Notes: a model not told the origin generated them from the letters alone. Shown: positions 10,769-21,600, numbered from the stretch's first letter. The stretch is DNA of 64,000 bases from Hyphomicrobiaceae bacterium (GCA_025359185.1 JANYHF010000106.1:4795-68794), one strand, 5' to 3'. Translations and numbers: made by a program.

Positions 10769-12094
10769 TTGCCCGTTGGCGTTGCCAGCGCGCAGATCCG
10801 GGTATTTGGGCAGATGTGGACGAGACTTCTCATTGCAACGACGCAGCGGCTGGTGGTGGCAGTGCCGTTACTCGCCTGTTCGGTGGCGGTCGCTGCTCCC
10901 GATGAGCCAGTGGCCATTGGCGCCAGGATCACAGGCGATGCGTCGCGCACCATCCTGACCATCGAACTCAGCAAGCCCATCACCTACAAGGTGTTCGCGC
11001 TGGAAAAGCCCTATCGGGTCATCATTGATATACCTGCGGTGGAGTTCCGCTTGCCGCCCACGACGGGCGCGGGCGGTTTTGGTCTCGTCAGCTCGTTTCG
11101 CTTTGGCATGGTCGGGCCCGGCAAGTCCCGCGTGGTCATCGAGACCAACGGTCCGATCCTGGTCGAAAGTGCCGGAATCCTGTCGAAGGACGGGACCGGC
11201 CAGGCGCAATTCAAGATTGCTCTCGCCAAAACCGATGCGGCAACGTTCGCAGCGCGCCTGCCGCGTGCGCCAGTCAAAGTCAAAGCCGCGGCCCCCGTCG
11301 AAGCGGCGATAGCGCTGGCGCCAAAGATTCAAGACTCTGCGACCCGGCGCGGCTTGCCTCTGGTCGTGCTCGATCCCGGCCATGGCGGACCAGACTCTGG
11401 TGCCGTCGGTCCAGATGGGGCCGAAGAAAAAAACATGGTTTTGGCCATCAGCAAGCGGGTGCGCGAGCTGCTGGAGGCGACCGGCCAATACCGGGTGGAA
11501 ATGACCCGCGATACCGACGTATTCATTACGCTTGAAGGCAGGGTCGATTACGCCGAGAAACACGAAGCCAATCTGATGGTCTCGATCCACGCCGATTCGA
11601 CCGCTGCCGGGCGGCACTGGCAGCCAACGGGTGGTGCGACTGTTTATACGTTTTCGGAAACCGCATCGAATGAAGAAGCGCGGGTGTTGGCGCTGCGGGA
11701 AAATATGTCCGACAAGGTCGCTGGAACCGCACCATCGGGCGATGACCGCAAAATCGTCAGCGACTGGCTGACCGAAGAGGCGCGGTTTTCAACACGAACG
11801 GAAGAACAGTTGCTTGCTGAGCAAACCGTGGCCAAGCTGGCCAAGGTCGTGCCGATGACGCTGTTGCCGCGCCGGTCCGCGCGCTTCTACGTGCTGAAGT
11901 CGCCCAAAGTGCCGGCCATGCTGGTGGAGACCGGCTATATGAACAACCGGCAGGACAGCGGTCATCTGCAATCGGCCGAATGGCGTAGCAAGCTGGCGGA
12001 GGCTGTGGTTGCCTCGATCCAGGCCTTTTTTGCCGAGCGCGGCAACGGCATCCGGTCGGCCGTGGGTTTGGACCAGCCACAGGCGATGCAGTAA
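10769..12094 (+). CDS. amiC: N-acetylmuramoyl-L-alanine amidase with N-terminal AMIN domain
   Basis: AMIN-like region (ITGDASRTILTIELSKPITYKVFALEKPYRVIIDIP) then Amidase_3 blocks (VVLDPGHGGPDSGAVG, MVSIHADS, PAMLVETGYMNN). Alternative ATG start at 10814. Confidence 0.85.
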   Translation: MPVGVASAQIRVFGQMWTRLLIATTQRLVVAVPLLACSVAVAAPDEPVAIGARITGDASRTILTIELSKPITYKVFALEKPYRVIIDIPAVEFRLPPTTGAGGFGLVSSFRFGMVGPGKSRVVIETNGPILVESAGILSKDGTGQAQFKIALAKTDAATFAARLPRAPVKVKAAAPVEAAIALAPKIQDSATRRGLPLVVLDPGHGGPDSGAVGPDGAEEKNMVLAISKRVRELLEATGQYRVEMTRDTDVFITLEGRVDYAEKHEANLMVSIHADSTAAGRHWQPTGGATVYTFSETASNEEARVLALRENMSDKVAGTAPSGDDRKIVSDWLTEEARFSTRTEEQLLAEQTVAKLAKVVPMTLLPRRSARFYVLKSPKVPAMLVETGYMNNRQDSGHLQSAEWRSKLAEAVVASIQAFFAERGNGIRSAVGLDQPQAMQ

Positions 12095-12323
12095 TGCCGC
12101 AGTTGCACGATTTGCGTCATGGCCAAGGTGGTGTTCACGGCGTAACTCCCCTAAAAGGTGGCGTGCACCGTCGGGTCATAGTCAGAGCTGCGCAGCTTTG
12201 CGTTGGGATTTCGGGGTTGGGTGCTTTTCTACTGCCACAGTCTTTCTTTAGGCATATCGCTGACTTCTGAGCTATTTCGCTTAACCGCTTTGGCTGGCTC
12301 GATAATTCTGGGATCTTCTGACA

Positions 12324-14807
12324 ATGGCAGTGCCATACCTGCCGACAGCCGCCAAGCGACGACGCGAGCGCAGTTTTTTGCTGCGGCTGCTGGGATTCGG
12401 CTTTGGCGCGGCGGTGATTCTGCTGGTGGCGGGAGCATCGGCCATCGGCTTGATCTTCTGGCAATATTCAAAGGACTTGCCCGACTACGAAGTGCTGGCG
12501 CACTACCAGCCGCCCGTCATGACCCGCGTGCACGCCGGTGATGGCAGCCTGATCGCCGAATATGCGCGGGAAAAACGCATCTTTGTGCCGATCAATTCGA
12601 TGCCGCCGTTGCTGGTGCACGCCTTCACGTCTGCGGAAGACAAGAACTTCTTCGAGCACAATGGCCTCGACTACGGCGGCATTGCCCGGGCGCTGATCAA
12701 CTATGTGTTGCATCACACCCGGCTGAATGGCGCCTCGACCATCACCCAGCAGGTGGCCAAGAACTTTCTGCTCACCAACGAACGGTCTTTCACCCGCAAA
12801 ATCAAGGAAGCGATCCTGGCGCTGCGAATCGAGCGCGCCTACACCAAGCCTCAGATCCTTGAGTTGTATCTGAATGAAATCTACCTCGGCGAAGGCTCCT
12901 ATGGTGTGGCCGCAGCCTCGCTGAACTATTTCGGCAAGGAGCTGCATGAGCTGACCGTACCGGAGGTTGCCTATCTGGCCTCGCTGCCCAAAGCGCCCAA
13001 CAACTACAATCCCTTCAAACACGCGCCCGAAGCCCTGATCCGCCGCAACTGGGTCACCGGCCAGATGCTGACCAACGGTTTCATCACCAAGGCCGAGTAC
13101 GACCAGACGATTGCCCAAGCCGATCTCGGCGTGAACATGCGGCCCGTGTCGCCGCATGTGTTCGCGGCCGAGTTCTTTGCCGAAGATGTGCGGCGCGAGC
13201 TTGTCGATATGTTCGGCGAGGAAAAGGCGCTGTCGGGCGGGCTCTCGGTGCGCACGACCTTGGATCCCACCTATCAGCGCGAAGCCAAGAAGGCGTTGGT
13301 GACCGGCCTCGTTCGCTTTGACCGATCGCGTGGCTGGCGCGGGGTCGTCAATCACATGGATATTGCTGGCGGCGATTGGGGGCCGGCACTCGGCCAGATC
13401 GAAGTCTGGAACGATTTGGAGCCCTGGCGGCTCGGTGTTGTGCTCGACGTGACCGACGCGTCGGCAAAGATTGGCCTGCAGCCACCGCATCTGGCAGGCG
13501 GCCAGCTGGCGCCCGCCCGCGATGAGGTCGAACTTGGCCTTGAGGGCGCCAAATGGGCGATCAAGAAGGGCAAAACGCTGACGTCCATTCTGCAACCCGG
13601 CGATATTATTTATGTTGCGCCGACGGATGCGGCCGAAGGGGCATGGCAGCTGCAACAGATCCCGGAAGTAGGCGGCGCCATCGTCGTCATGGACCCCCAT
13701 ACTGGCCGCGTCCTGGCACTGGTCGGCGGTTTCAGTTTCGCGGCCAGCCAGTTTGACCGGGTGACGCAAGCCCGGCGTCAGCCTGGCTCGGTTTTCAAGC
13801 CGTTCGTGTACGCGACGGCGTTGGATAATGGCTATACGCCGTCGAGCGTGATCCTTGATGCGCCGATCGAAATCGAACAGGGACCGGGCAAGGACATCTG
13901 GAAGCCAGAAAATTACCACGGCAAGTACTATGGTCCTTCGACGCTGCGCACAGGCATCGAGTATTCGCGAAACCTCATGACCGTGCGGCTGGCGCAGGAC
14001 GTCGGGATGCCATTGATTTCCAATTACGCCAAACGGTTCGGCGTCTATGACAATCTGATGCCGGTCCTCTCGATGGCGCTGGGCGCTGGCGAAACCTCAT
14101 TGCTGCGCGTTGCTACCGGTTACTGCATCATCGCCAATGGCGGGCACAAAGTCACCGCAACGCTGATCGACCGCATCCAGGACCGCAACGGCAAAACCGT
14201 AATGCGGCACGACAAGCGTCTGTGCGAAGGCTGCGAGGCCGCCAAATGGGAAAAGCAGGACGAGCCCGATTTCCGCGCCGACGAGAATGACCCGGACAAC
14301 CGGCAGGTCATAGATCCGCACACAGCCTATCAAATCACGTCAATGATGGAGGGTGTGGTGGAGCGCGGCACCGGCACGGCGCTCAAAGCCGTCGGCAAGC
14401 CGATAGCTGGCAAGACCGGCACGACCAACCAGGCCAAGGACGCGTGGTTCGTGGGTTTCACGCCTGACCTCGTCGTTGGCGCGTTTGTCGGCTTTGACAG
14501 CCCCAAGCCAATGGGCGACCAAACGACCGGTGGCGTGGTCGCGGCACCGATCGTGCGCGATTTCCTGATCGACGCGCTGAAGGACAAGCCGGCGGTCCCG
14601 TTCCGCATCCCGCCCGGCATCAAGCTCGTGCGTATCGACCGCCACACGGGCGCGCGGGCCGCAGCAGATGATCCCGATTCCATTGTCGAAGCGTTTAAGC
14701 CCAACACAGACCCGGCCGACTCGAACGCCGTCGTGCAAGGCGACGAGGCGGTGATCGCCAGCGATCCAAACGGCGGCATCAGCAATGGCACGGGCGGCTT
14801 GTATTAG
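12324..14807 (+). CDS. mrcA: penicillin-binding protein 1A (bifunctional glycosyltransferase/transpeptidase)
   Basis: N-terminal TM, GT51 motifs (SAEDKNFFEHNGLD, ASTITQQVAKN, RKIKEAILALRIE), and transpeptidase SxxK (RQPGSVFKP), SRN and KTGTT motifs. Confidence 0.93.
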   Translation: MAVPYLPTAAKRRRERSFLLRLLGFGFGAAVILLVAGASAIGLIFWQYSKDLPDYEVLAHYQPPVMTRVHAGDGSLIAEYAREKRIFVPINSMPPLLVHAFTSAEDKNFFEHNGLDYGGIARALINYVLHHTRLNGASTITQQVAKNFLLTNERSFTRKIKEAILALRIERAYTKPQILELYLNEIYLGEGSYGVAAASLNYFGKELHELTVPEVAYLASLPKAPNNYNPFKHAPEALIRRNWVTGQMLTNGFITKAEYDQTIAQADLGVNMRPVSPHVFAAEFFAEDVRRELVDMFGEEKALSGGLSVRTTLDPTYQREAKKALVTGLVRFDRSRGWRGVVNHMDIAGGDWGPALGQIEVWNDLEPWRLGVVLDVTDASAKIGLQPPHLAGGQLAPARDEVELGLEGAKWAIKKGKTLTSILQPGDIIYVAPTDAAEGAWQLQQIPEVGGAIVVMDPHTGRVLALVGGFSFAASQFDRVTQARRQPGSVFKPFVYATALDNGYTPSSVILDAPIEIEQGPGKDIWKPENYHGKYYGPSTLRTGIEYSRNLMTVRLAQDVGMPLISNYAKRFGVYDNLMPVLSMALGAGETSLLRVATGYCIIANGGHKVTATLIDRIQDRNGKTVMRHDKRLCEGCEAAKWEKQDEPDFRADENDPDNRQVIDPHTAYQITSMMEGVVERGTGTALKAVGKPIAGKTGTTNQAKDAWFVGFTPDLVVGAFVGFDSPKPMGDQTTGGVVAAPIVRDFLIDALKDKPAVPFRIPPGIKLVRIDRHTGARAAADDPDSIVEAFKPNTDPADSNAVVQGDEAVIASDPNGGISNGTGGLY

Positions 14808-14820
14808 GCCGTAGTCCCAG

Positions 14821-15333
14821 TCACTTCCGTGTCAGCCTGGCCAGGATACCCAATCCGACGGCTGACACGACAAAGGTCAGCTGCAATGCGATCGCAGCGA
14901 CAACCTGGCCAGCGCTGTAGTGATCTCCGTTGAGGAAGACCTCAAGGAGCTCGATTGACGAGATCGCGACGATCGAAGCGGCGATTTTGATCTTCAGCGC
15001 GCTGGCGTCGAGATTGCCGAGCCATGGCAGGGCCTGATCCGGGGCGCTGATCTGGCCAACAAAATTGTCATAGCCGCTGATGATGACCATCACGACAAGG
15101 CTCGCCACCAGCGTGGCATCGACAAGTCCGAGTAACGCCAGGATAAGATCGGTCTCACGCATCGTGAAGAGTTGCGGTGCCATTTGCACGAAATGGACGA
15201 CAAATGCCGTTGCAAAGGCCGCCAGCGCCAATGCCAGAACGGCGTAGAACACCACCAGAATCCAGCGGCTGGCAAGGATGATGCGCTGTGGCAAGCGTTC
15301 GAGCGCCCGTTGCGCCTGCAGTTTGGAATCCAT
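14821..15333 (-). CDS. YqhA/UPF0114 family inner-membrane protein
   Basis: ASRWILVVFY..., ETDLILALLGLVDATLVASLVVMVIISGYDNFV, KIKIAASIVAISSIELL align closely with my memory of E. coli YqhA. Start set at ATG 15331-15333 (MDSKLQAQ...); the track ORF extends to 15390. Confidence 0.85.
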   Translation of the reverse strand: MDSKLQAQRALERLPQRIILASRWILVVFYAVLALALAAFATAFVVHFVQMAPQLFTMRETDLILALLGLVDATLVASLVVMVIISGYDNFVGQISAPDQALPWLGNLDASALKIKIAASIVAISSIELLEVFLNGDHYSAGQVVAAIALQLTFVVSAVGLGILARLTRK

Positions 15334-15470
15334 GTTTGTCTCTTTGTTTGTCCGTTGCATGGGGATAGGCTGGCCAGACAGCCCACGCAAGCAGCCCTCG
15401 TTTGAACCCTTTGGCGGCGGCCTGCGACGAACCTGGCAATCGTGGATACAAACCAGGAGTTCAAATCACT

Positions 15471-15818
15471 ATGCGTCGTTCCGCACTCGCGACACTCGCC
15501 GCACTTGCCATCGCCCCGCTTGCGTCCGTCCCGGCTCACGCCGACCAATGCTACGATCAAGTCGGCTGTGTCAGCACACAATTCATCGCCAAGTCCTCGC
15601 TCACTCCTATGAGCTGCCAGCTGCTCTGGAACGTCCGCAATCAGATCTACAAGGATCGCGGCTACTGCTTCAAGACCGTCACCGGCATTAATGAGATGGG
15701 CAACGACGGCTGCTATATCAATGATCAGAGTGACGTGCCGCTCAACGATTTTGAGCGCGTCAATGTGCTGAGAATCCGCAGCGTTGAAACGGCCAAGGGC
15801 TGCAATTACGGCGGGTAA
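15471..15818 (+). CDS. secreted YARHG domain-containing protein
   Basis: ATG at 15471 preceded by AGGAG. Signal peptide MRRSALATLAALAIAPLASVPAHA. LLWNVRNQIYKDRGYCFKT resembles the YARHG motif (LRNEIYARHGY.F). Confidence 0.75.
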   Translation: MRRSALATLAALAIAPLASVPAHADQCYDQVGCVSTQFIAKSSLTPMSCQLLWNVRNQIYKDRGYCFKTVTGINEMGNDGCYINDQSDVPLNDFERVNVLRIRSVETAKGCNYGG

Positions 15819-15826
15819 GTGTTATC

Positions 15827-17488
15827 CTAAGCCTCATACACCACAAGGCCATCGCACACTGTTGCGGTGGCTTTCAGGGTGTGAATGGCGCCAGGCTCCA
15901 CACTCTCGATATCGCCTGACAGCACCGTCACGTCGGCGAGCATTCCTTCGCGCAACATCCCCTTGCGGTGCTCCATGTGCTCGACCCAGGCGCTGTCGTG
16001 GGTGTACGAGCGCAGCGCTTCGTCCAAAGTCTGTCGCTGCTCGGGCATCCCCTCCGCCCAGGGGCTGCGCGTGACCGCACATTCAATGGCCAGCATGGGA
16101 TCGACCGGCGACACCGGCCAATCTGTACCAAAGGTCATGCGTGCACCCGCGTCACGCAAGGTGCGCCAGGCATAGGCTTGCGGCCAACGCGCCCGGCCGA
16201 TACGAGAAACGGTCGGCTCCATCGGCAGGCCCGCCATACCCGGCGCGTGCACCGGCTGCATCGAGGCGACCACGCCCAACGCCTTGAAGCGTGGGATATC
16301 ATCGGGATGCACCAGTTCGATATGCTCGATGCGGTGGCGCAGATCGCGCGCGCCGTTGACCTTGATGGCGGCCTCGTAGCCGTCAAGGACCATCCGCACG
16401 GCACCGTCGCCAATTGCGTGCACGGCGATTTGCAGGCCGCGCCGATCCGCTTCGACGGCGACATCGCGGAAGTGGCCGGGCGTGAACAACGGCGCGCAGT
16501 TTCGGCCGGGCTGATCGGCATAATCGTCGAGCAGCATGGCGGTCGAGGAATCGATCACGCCGTCGACGAAGACTTTGACAAAACCTGAATGCAATTTTTC
16601 AGACGTGTACGCGCGGGCCATCGCACTGGCGACGCCCAACTCGTCCAGGTCCATAAAGTTCTTGAAATGGAATGGGATTTTTCCGCGCGCCGTCAACTTG
16701 CCTTCGGATTCAAGTTCCGCAAGCAGTGACAGCGTGTACGGATTGCCGTCCATATTGTGGAAACTGGTGATGCCATGCCGGGCAAGATGCGCAAGCCCGC
16801 GTTGCAGCATCAGCTTGTCGGCGGCGCGCTCGGCAGGCGTTGCGGGCGGGACCGGATCACCGACAGTTGCCAAGCCAAGCCGGTAGCGCAGCCCTTTGTC
16901 CGTGAGCTGGAAAACCGGCTCAATGGCTTCACCTTCGCGCAACTCGCCGCTGGCGAGGCCATCAGTGCCCATGACGATTTCGTTGCCGACACCGACCTCG
17001 GCTCCGCGCAAGATGCCGCCGCGTTCTAGGCCAATAGTGTTGGCCCAGGCAGTGTGGTGATCGGGCGCGAACATCAAGAATGGGCGATCCGGCACGATGC
17101 GGTCGAGATGCTGGCGCGTGACCGTCTCGCTGCCGCCGAGGATGGTGTAGTCGGCAGCTTGCGCGATCAATAGGGTGTCGTGCGGGTTAGCAGCGGCGTA
17201 GGCACGGACTTTGTCGCTAAGCGCCTCAAAACCGCTGATGCCAAAGAGCGAAAGTTGGTCGAGTTCGACGGCACCAGGAAACAGATGCATGTGCGATTCG
17301 ATCAGGCCGGGCAACACGGTGCCGCCTCGAGCGTCGAGCACGCGGGTTGACGGCTTGCGCGCAGCCATTACGTCAGCGAGCGAGCCGATGGCGGCGATGG
17401 TGTTGCCGGTGATCCCGAGCGCCTCGGCACGCGGCCGTGCAGGGTCCATGGTCAGCACACGGCCGTTGACGATGATGAGATCGATCAT
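15827..17488 (-). CDS. amidohydrolase family protein (Amidohydro_3 / YtcJ-like metal-dependent hydrolase)
   Basis: MIDLIIVNGRVLTMDPARPRAEALGITGNTIAAIGS, GLIESHMHL, AVHAIGDGAV, GTDWPV are typical of the large TIM-barrel amidohydrolases. Last gene of the ABC operon. Confidence 0.85.
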   Translation of the reverse strand: MIDLIIVNGRVLTMDPARPRAEALGITGNTIAAIGSLADVMAARKPSTRVLDARGGTVLPGLIESHMHLFPGAVELDQLSLFGISGFEALSDKVRAYAAANPHDTLLIAQAADYTILGGSETVTRQHLDRIVPDRPFLMFAPDHHTAWANTIGLERGGILRGAEVGVGNEIVMGTDGLASGELREGEAIEPVFQLTDKGLRYRLGLATVGDPVPPATPAERAADKLMLQRGLAHLARHGITSFHNMDGNPYTLSLLAELESEGKLTARGKIPFHFKNFMDLDELGVASAMARAYTSEKLHSGFVKVFVDGVIDSSTAMLLDDYADQPGRNCAPLFTPGHFRDVAVEADRRGLQIAVHAIGDGAVRMVLDGYEAAIKVNGARDLRHRIEHIELVHPDDIPRFKALGVVASMQPVHAPGMAGLPMEPTVSRIGRARWPQAYAWRTLRDAGARMTFGTDWPVSPVDPMLAIECAVTRSPWAEGMPEQRQTLDEALRSYTHDSAWVEHMEHRKGMLREGMLADVTVLSGDIESVEPGAIHTLKATATVCDGLVVYEA

Positions 17489-17513
17489 GGAAGGTCCAAT
17501 GTTGTGTTGGCGG

Positions 17514-18332
17514 CTACTTCAGCAACGCGTCGGCCGCCATCTCACGGGCCAGTGCCCGGCGGCGCAGGACTTCATAAATGATAGTTGCGGTGACCGTGAT
17601 CAAGATCAAAATCAGCGCCAGAGCGTTGATGGTCGGCGGCGCTCCCGTTCGCACCATCGAGCCGACATAGACCGTCAGCGTATCGGAGCCGCCGCGCGTG
17701 AACAGCGTGACGTTGAAGTTCTCGACCGATTGGAAAAAGCCGATGATCGCGCCCGCGCCCAGCGCCGGATAGAGATGCGGTAGCAGAATACGCCGCAGCA
17801 CTTGGCCGTGACTGGCCCCGAGATCGAGCGCGGCCTCCTCCAGCCCCGCATCGAAACTCTGTAAGCGCGCGAGTACCAATAGCATCACATAGGCGGCGAT
17901 GAATGAGGTCTGCCCGAGGGCGGACAGATGCAGCCCGGCCGGAATCGAGAACGTGCGCCAGAATAGCAGGGTGGAAATGCCGATGACAGCGCCGGGCGTT
18001 AGGATCGGGGCGACCATAAAGCCGTAGACGATGGCCCGTGTGGCGCCGCTCAGGCTGTTGATGAGGATCGCACCGGCGGTGCCTATGGGCAGCGCCAGGG
18101 CGACTACGCCGAAGGCGACCAGCAGTGTGTTACGGCCCGCGATCCACATCCGCGGATCATTCCACAGATCGACGAACCATTGCGTCGTGAAGCCCTTCCA
18201 GGGGTACACGGATGGGAACCGGCTGTCGTTCAGCGCCGCGCCGCCCATGACGAATAAGGGCGACAGCATGATGAACAGGAACAGCAGCAGATAAATCCAG
18301 AGAAGCCAAGCGCTCAGCTTTTGCGACGACAT
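17514..18332 (-). CDS. ABC transporter permease (PotC/PotI-like)
   Basis: Six hydrophobic segments and the EAA-loop-like region LEEAALDLGASHGQVLRRILLP. Confidence 0.88.
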   Translation of the reverse strand: MSSQKLSAWLLWIYLLLFLFIMLSPLFVMGGAALNDSRFPSVYPWKGFTTQWFVDLWNDPRMWIAGRNTLLVAFGVVALALPIGTAGAILINSLSGATRAIVYGFMVAPILTPGAVIGISTLLFWRTFSIPAGLHLSALGQTSFIAAYVMLLVLARLQSFDAGLEEAALDLGASHGQVLRRILLPHLYPALGAGAIIGFFQSVENFNVTLFTRGGSDTLTVYVGSMVRTGAPPTINALALILILITVTATIIYEVLRRRALAREMAADALLK

Positions 18333-18353
18333 GACTGGCCTCGAAGGAACGGG

Positions 18354-19238
18354 CTACTTGGCGATATCGGCGAGACTGACACGGAACACGCGCATCATGA
18401 TCGACACGAATATGATGCACAGCAGAAGCAGGAGGAAGGCGTAGGCCGCTCCGGTATTCCAGTCGAAGGCATCGAACATCCATTGCTGAATGATTTCGGT
18501 GAACCAGCGTGAGGTGGTGGAGCCCAGCAGTGACGGCACAAACAGAGAGCCTGCCGACAGCATGAACACCATCACGCAGCCCGACGCGATGCCGGGCTTG
18601 GAGTGCGGTATGATCACTCGCCAGTGGGTGCGCCACCAGGGTGAGCCGAGATCCCGCGCGGCTTCGATCTGATTGATGTCCAGCGACTGGATGGCGTTGT
18701 AGATCGGGAACAGCATGAAAAGGATATAGACATAGACGAGGCCGATCATGAGGCTGTTGTAGGCAGTGATCCAGCGGATGGGATCATGGATGATGCCCAG
18801 CCCGATCAACGTCATGTTCAGCGGTCCCTTGAAGGACAGCATGATAAACAGCGCAAAACAGCGCAGGATCTCGCTGACCCAGAGCGGGATCAGCAGCAGC
18901 AGGAACAGCGTCGCCACATCGCGCGGATTGGCAACCTTGGCGAGGTAATAGGCGATTGGATAGGACAGCGCAAAACAGATCGCTGTCACCACCGACGCGA
19001 ACAGTACCGTGAGGCCGAAAACCTGGATATGGATCGGGGTCTGGAAGAAATTCAGGTAGTTGGCGAAGCTATAGAAGTCCTTGGGACCACCAACATCGAC
19101 GGCGGGCAGATAGGGCCGGAACGAATTTTCGAACAGGTAGAGATCGGGCAGGATGACAAGCATCAGCAGCCAGAACGCGGTCAGCGCAATGAATATGGCG
19201 CTCAGGCCGATTCCGTAGCGGCGAAGGAGTTCGCTCAT
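18354..19238 (-). CDS. ABC transporter permease (PotB/PotH-like)
   Basis: Multi-TM protein with an EAA loop (IEAARDLGSPWWRTHWRVIIP). Overlaps the upstream ATPase gene by 4 nt. Confidence 0.88.
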   Translation of the reverse strand: MSELLRRYGIGLSAIFIALTAFWLLMLVILPDLYLFENSFRPYLPAVDVGGPKDFYSFANYLNFFQTPIHIQVFGLTVLFASVVTAICFALSYPIAYYLAKVANPRDVATLFLLLLIPLWVSEILRCFALFIMLSFKGPLNMTLIGLGIIHDPIRWITAYNSLMIGLVYVYILFMLFPIYNAIQSLDINQIEAARDLGSPWWRTHWRVIIPHSKPGIASGCVMVFMLSAGSLFVPSLLGSTTSRWFTEIIQQWMFDAFDWNTGAAYAFLLLLLCIIFVSIMMRVFRVSLADIAK

Positions 19239-20338
19239 GGCCAGTTGCCCGGCTTTGGGAGTGTCGTGTCAGCGAGGATCAACGCCTTGGCGGGGTCGAA
19301 AGTGAATTGCATTTTGCTGCCGGCCGGTGGCAGCGCCGTCGTGCCGTCGTTACGCATTTCAACGGTGAGACTACGACCGTCACTCGTCTTGGCCGAAATG
19401 TTGATGAAGTTGCCTTCAAAAGCGACGTCGGCAACATCGACCGGGATGTTGTTGGCGCCGGGCCGTGCCGCCGCGGCCAGGATCGTGTGTTCCGGCCGCA
19501 CATAAAGTTTGGCTGCGATTCCTGGCGATACGCCCGGGCCAACCTTGGCGCGGAACAGGCCGTTCGCCGTCTTGAACTCCCCGATGCCACCTGAGACAGC
19601 GCTGAGTTCGCCCTGGAACGCATTGATCTCGCCCACAAATGAAGCCACGAAACCGTTCGCCGGAGCGTTGTAGATTTCCTGCGGCGGAGCCACCTGCTGG
19701 AGCCGCCCTTGCGACATCACCGCCACCCGGTCAGACATCGCCAGCGCCTCGCCCTGGTCGTGGGTGATGTAGATGAAGGTCACGTTGGTGCGCTTCTGTA
19801 TAGCGCGAAGTTCGGCCCGCATATGCTGGCGCAGTTTGAGGTCGAGCGCCGACAGCGGCTCGTCAAGCAACATCACTTTGGGTTCAACCGCCAGCGCGCG
19901 GGCAATGGCCACACGCTGTTTCTGGCCGCCCGATAGCTGCGAGATGCGCCGGTCGGCGACATCGTGAAGATCGACCAGGTTCAAAAGCTCTTCGGCCTTA
20001 GCCCGCCGCTTGGTCTTGTCGACGCCTCGCACTTCGAGGCCGAACGAGATGTTTTCCCAGACCGGCATCAGGGGGAACAGCGCGAGGTTCTGGAAAATCA
20101 GTGCTGTCGGCCGCTTGTTAGGCCGGATACCGCGCATGTCCTGGCCGCCGATGCGGACAACACCCTCGGTTGGGTCATTAAAGCCCGATATCATGCGCAA
20201 GATCGTGGTCTTGCCGCAGCCTGAGGGCCCCAGAAATGAAAAAAATTCGCCCGGCTGGACGGTCACATTAACGTTGTCTACAGCCCGGAATTTGCCGAAA
20301 TCTACCGAAACGCCTGCCAGTTCGACAGCAGCACTCAT
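19235..20338 (-). CDS. ABC transporter ATP-binding protein (PotA/PotG-like)
   Basis: Walker A LGPSGCGKTT, Q-loop, signature LSGGQKQRVAIARAL, Walker B MLLDEPLSALD, and a C-terminal TOBE-like domain. Confidence 0.92.
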   Translation of the reverse strand: MSAAVELAGVSVDFGKFRAVDNVNVTVQPGEFFSFLGPSGCGKTTILRMISGFNDPTEGVVRIGGQDMRGIRPNKRPTALIFQNLALFPLMPVWENISFGLEVRGVDKTKRRAKAEELLNLVDLHDVADRRISQLSGGQKQRVAIARALAVEPKVMLLDEPLSALDLKLRQHMRAELRAIQKRTNVTFIYITHDQGEALAMSDRVAVMSQGRLQQVAPPQEIYNAPANGFVASFVGEINAFQGELSAVSGGIGEFKTANGLFRAKVGPGVSPGIAAKLYVRPEHTILAAAARPGANNIPVDVADVAFEGNFINISAKTSDGRSLTVEMRNDGTTALPPAGSKMQFTFDPAKALILADTTLPKPGNWP

Positions 20339-20460
20339 TGAACTTTTCCTACCCCAACACGCCGCAGCAACACTTAGCGGTTGCTTTTCAGGCCCTCAAA
20401 GGAATTCCGCCAGACACTTTAACGGCGCCCGGCGGAACCCTAGGAGTTTAAGTCAAAGAC

Positions 20461-21600
20461 TCAAGCTGCCTTCCACTTGTCGGAGTATTCAGCGCGCTTC
20501 TTGAGGAACCAGGCTTCCTGCAACGGCCACCACCAGAGCTTGCTGAGTGCATCGCCGGGGAACGAAGCCGCATAGAATTTCTTGACCTCATCGGACGTTT
20601 TCTCGATCCCGCCCTTGGCGCTCGGGTTGGCGCCGAACGCGGTCGCCCATGCAGCCGAACCCTCAGGGGTCGCAACCCACTTGACGAACTCCTGCGCTTG
20701 TTCGACGTTCTTTGCGCCCTTGAGCAACACAAAGCCCTGGTTCCAGGCAATCGCGCCTTCCTTCGGGGCGATGTAGCCGTAGCCGTCTTTGGCAAGGTTT
20801 CCGCCGGTGGAATCCCAGCACAGGCCGAGCGTAGCGCCGTTGGTCCTGAACGCAGCCTGAGCCTCGTTTTCGCCCGACCAGAACTGGACAACGTTTTTCT
20901 TGTGCTTGATGGCTTCGGCAAGGGCGATGTCCCAGAGCAGGGTCATCGTCGCTTCATCCTTGTATCCATCCAGCCAGGGCTTGGGCAGTTTGCCGGTGCT
21001 GTCGAGCCAGCGGCCCATGGCGGCCAGCGAAGAGTGCGCGCGCATTGTGACCTTGCCGACGTTCTTTTCGTCCCAAAGATCGCCGAGACTGGCCTTGCCG
21101 TACTCCATCGGATTGTCTTTGATGCTGTAGACCAGCGCTTCGGTGCCCCAAGTGCTCGGGACCATATAGCGCTTGCCTTCAATCGTTGCGCGTTGGCCGG
21201 CCAAGCCGTCGCCAATTCCTGAAACGTAGTTATCGAGGCTCACCTTGCTGGTATCCCAAGGCTGCAACAAGCCGCTGCTGACCCAGGCCGATGTGCGCTC
21301 GACGGTTGGCTCAGTGACGTCGACGGTGCCGGTGCCGGCGCCGAGTTTGGCCTGCGCAAACATGTTGTCTTGGCTGTCTTGCTCAGTGAAGTTCACCTTG
21401 ATGCCCGTGGCCTTGGTGAAGGCTGGGAACACAGTCTTGGCGAGTTCCGGATAGCCCGACCAGCCCATGAAGTTCACTTCGCCCGAAGAGGCGAAAGCAT
21501 TCTTGACGAGGGCAGGGGCGGCGAGGCTGCCAACGCCGACAGCGGCGGTGGTTTTCAGAAACGACCGGCGGCTGACGCCGGTAATGCGGGTGGTGCTCAC
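20461..21600 (-). CDS. periplasmic substrate-binding protein (PotD/PotF-like) with Tat-type signal
   Basis: Twin-arginine signal (SRRSFLKTTAAVGVGSLAAPALV). Start set at in-frame GTG 21598-21600, which lies 7 nt after AAGGGAGAG. The track ORF extends to 21771 through poorly coding-like sequence. Confidence 0.85.
   Translation of the reverse strand: MSTTRITGVSRRSFLKTTAAVGVGSLAAPALVKNAFASSGEVNFMGWSGYPELAKTVFPAFTKATGIKVNFTEQDSQDNMFAQAKLGAGTGTVDVTEPTVERTSAWVSSGLLQPWDTSKVSLDNYVSGIGDGLAGQRATIEGKRYMVPSTWGTEALVYSIKDNPMEYGKASLGDLWDEKNVGKVTMRAHSSLAAMGRWLDSTGKLPKPWLDGYKDEATMTLLWDIALAEAIKHKKNVVQFWSGENEAQAAFRTNGATLGLCWDSTGGNLAKDGYGYIAPKEGAIAWNQGFVLLKGAKNVEQAQEFVKWVATPEGSAAWATAFGANPSAKGGIEKTSDEVKKFYAASFPGDALSKLWWWPLQEAWFLKKRAEYSDKWKAA

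Noticed and set aside
12468-13919. 483-aa minus-strand ORF
   Set aside because: Antisense to the clearly homologous PBP1A gene. Shadow ORF.
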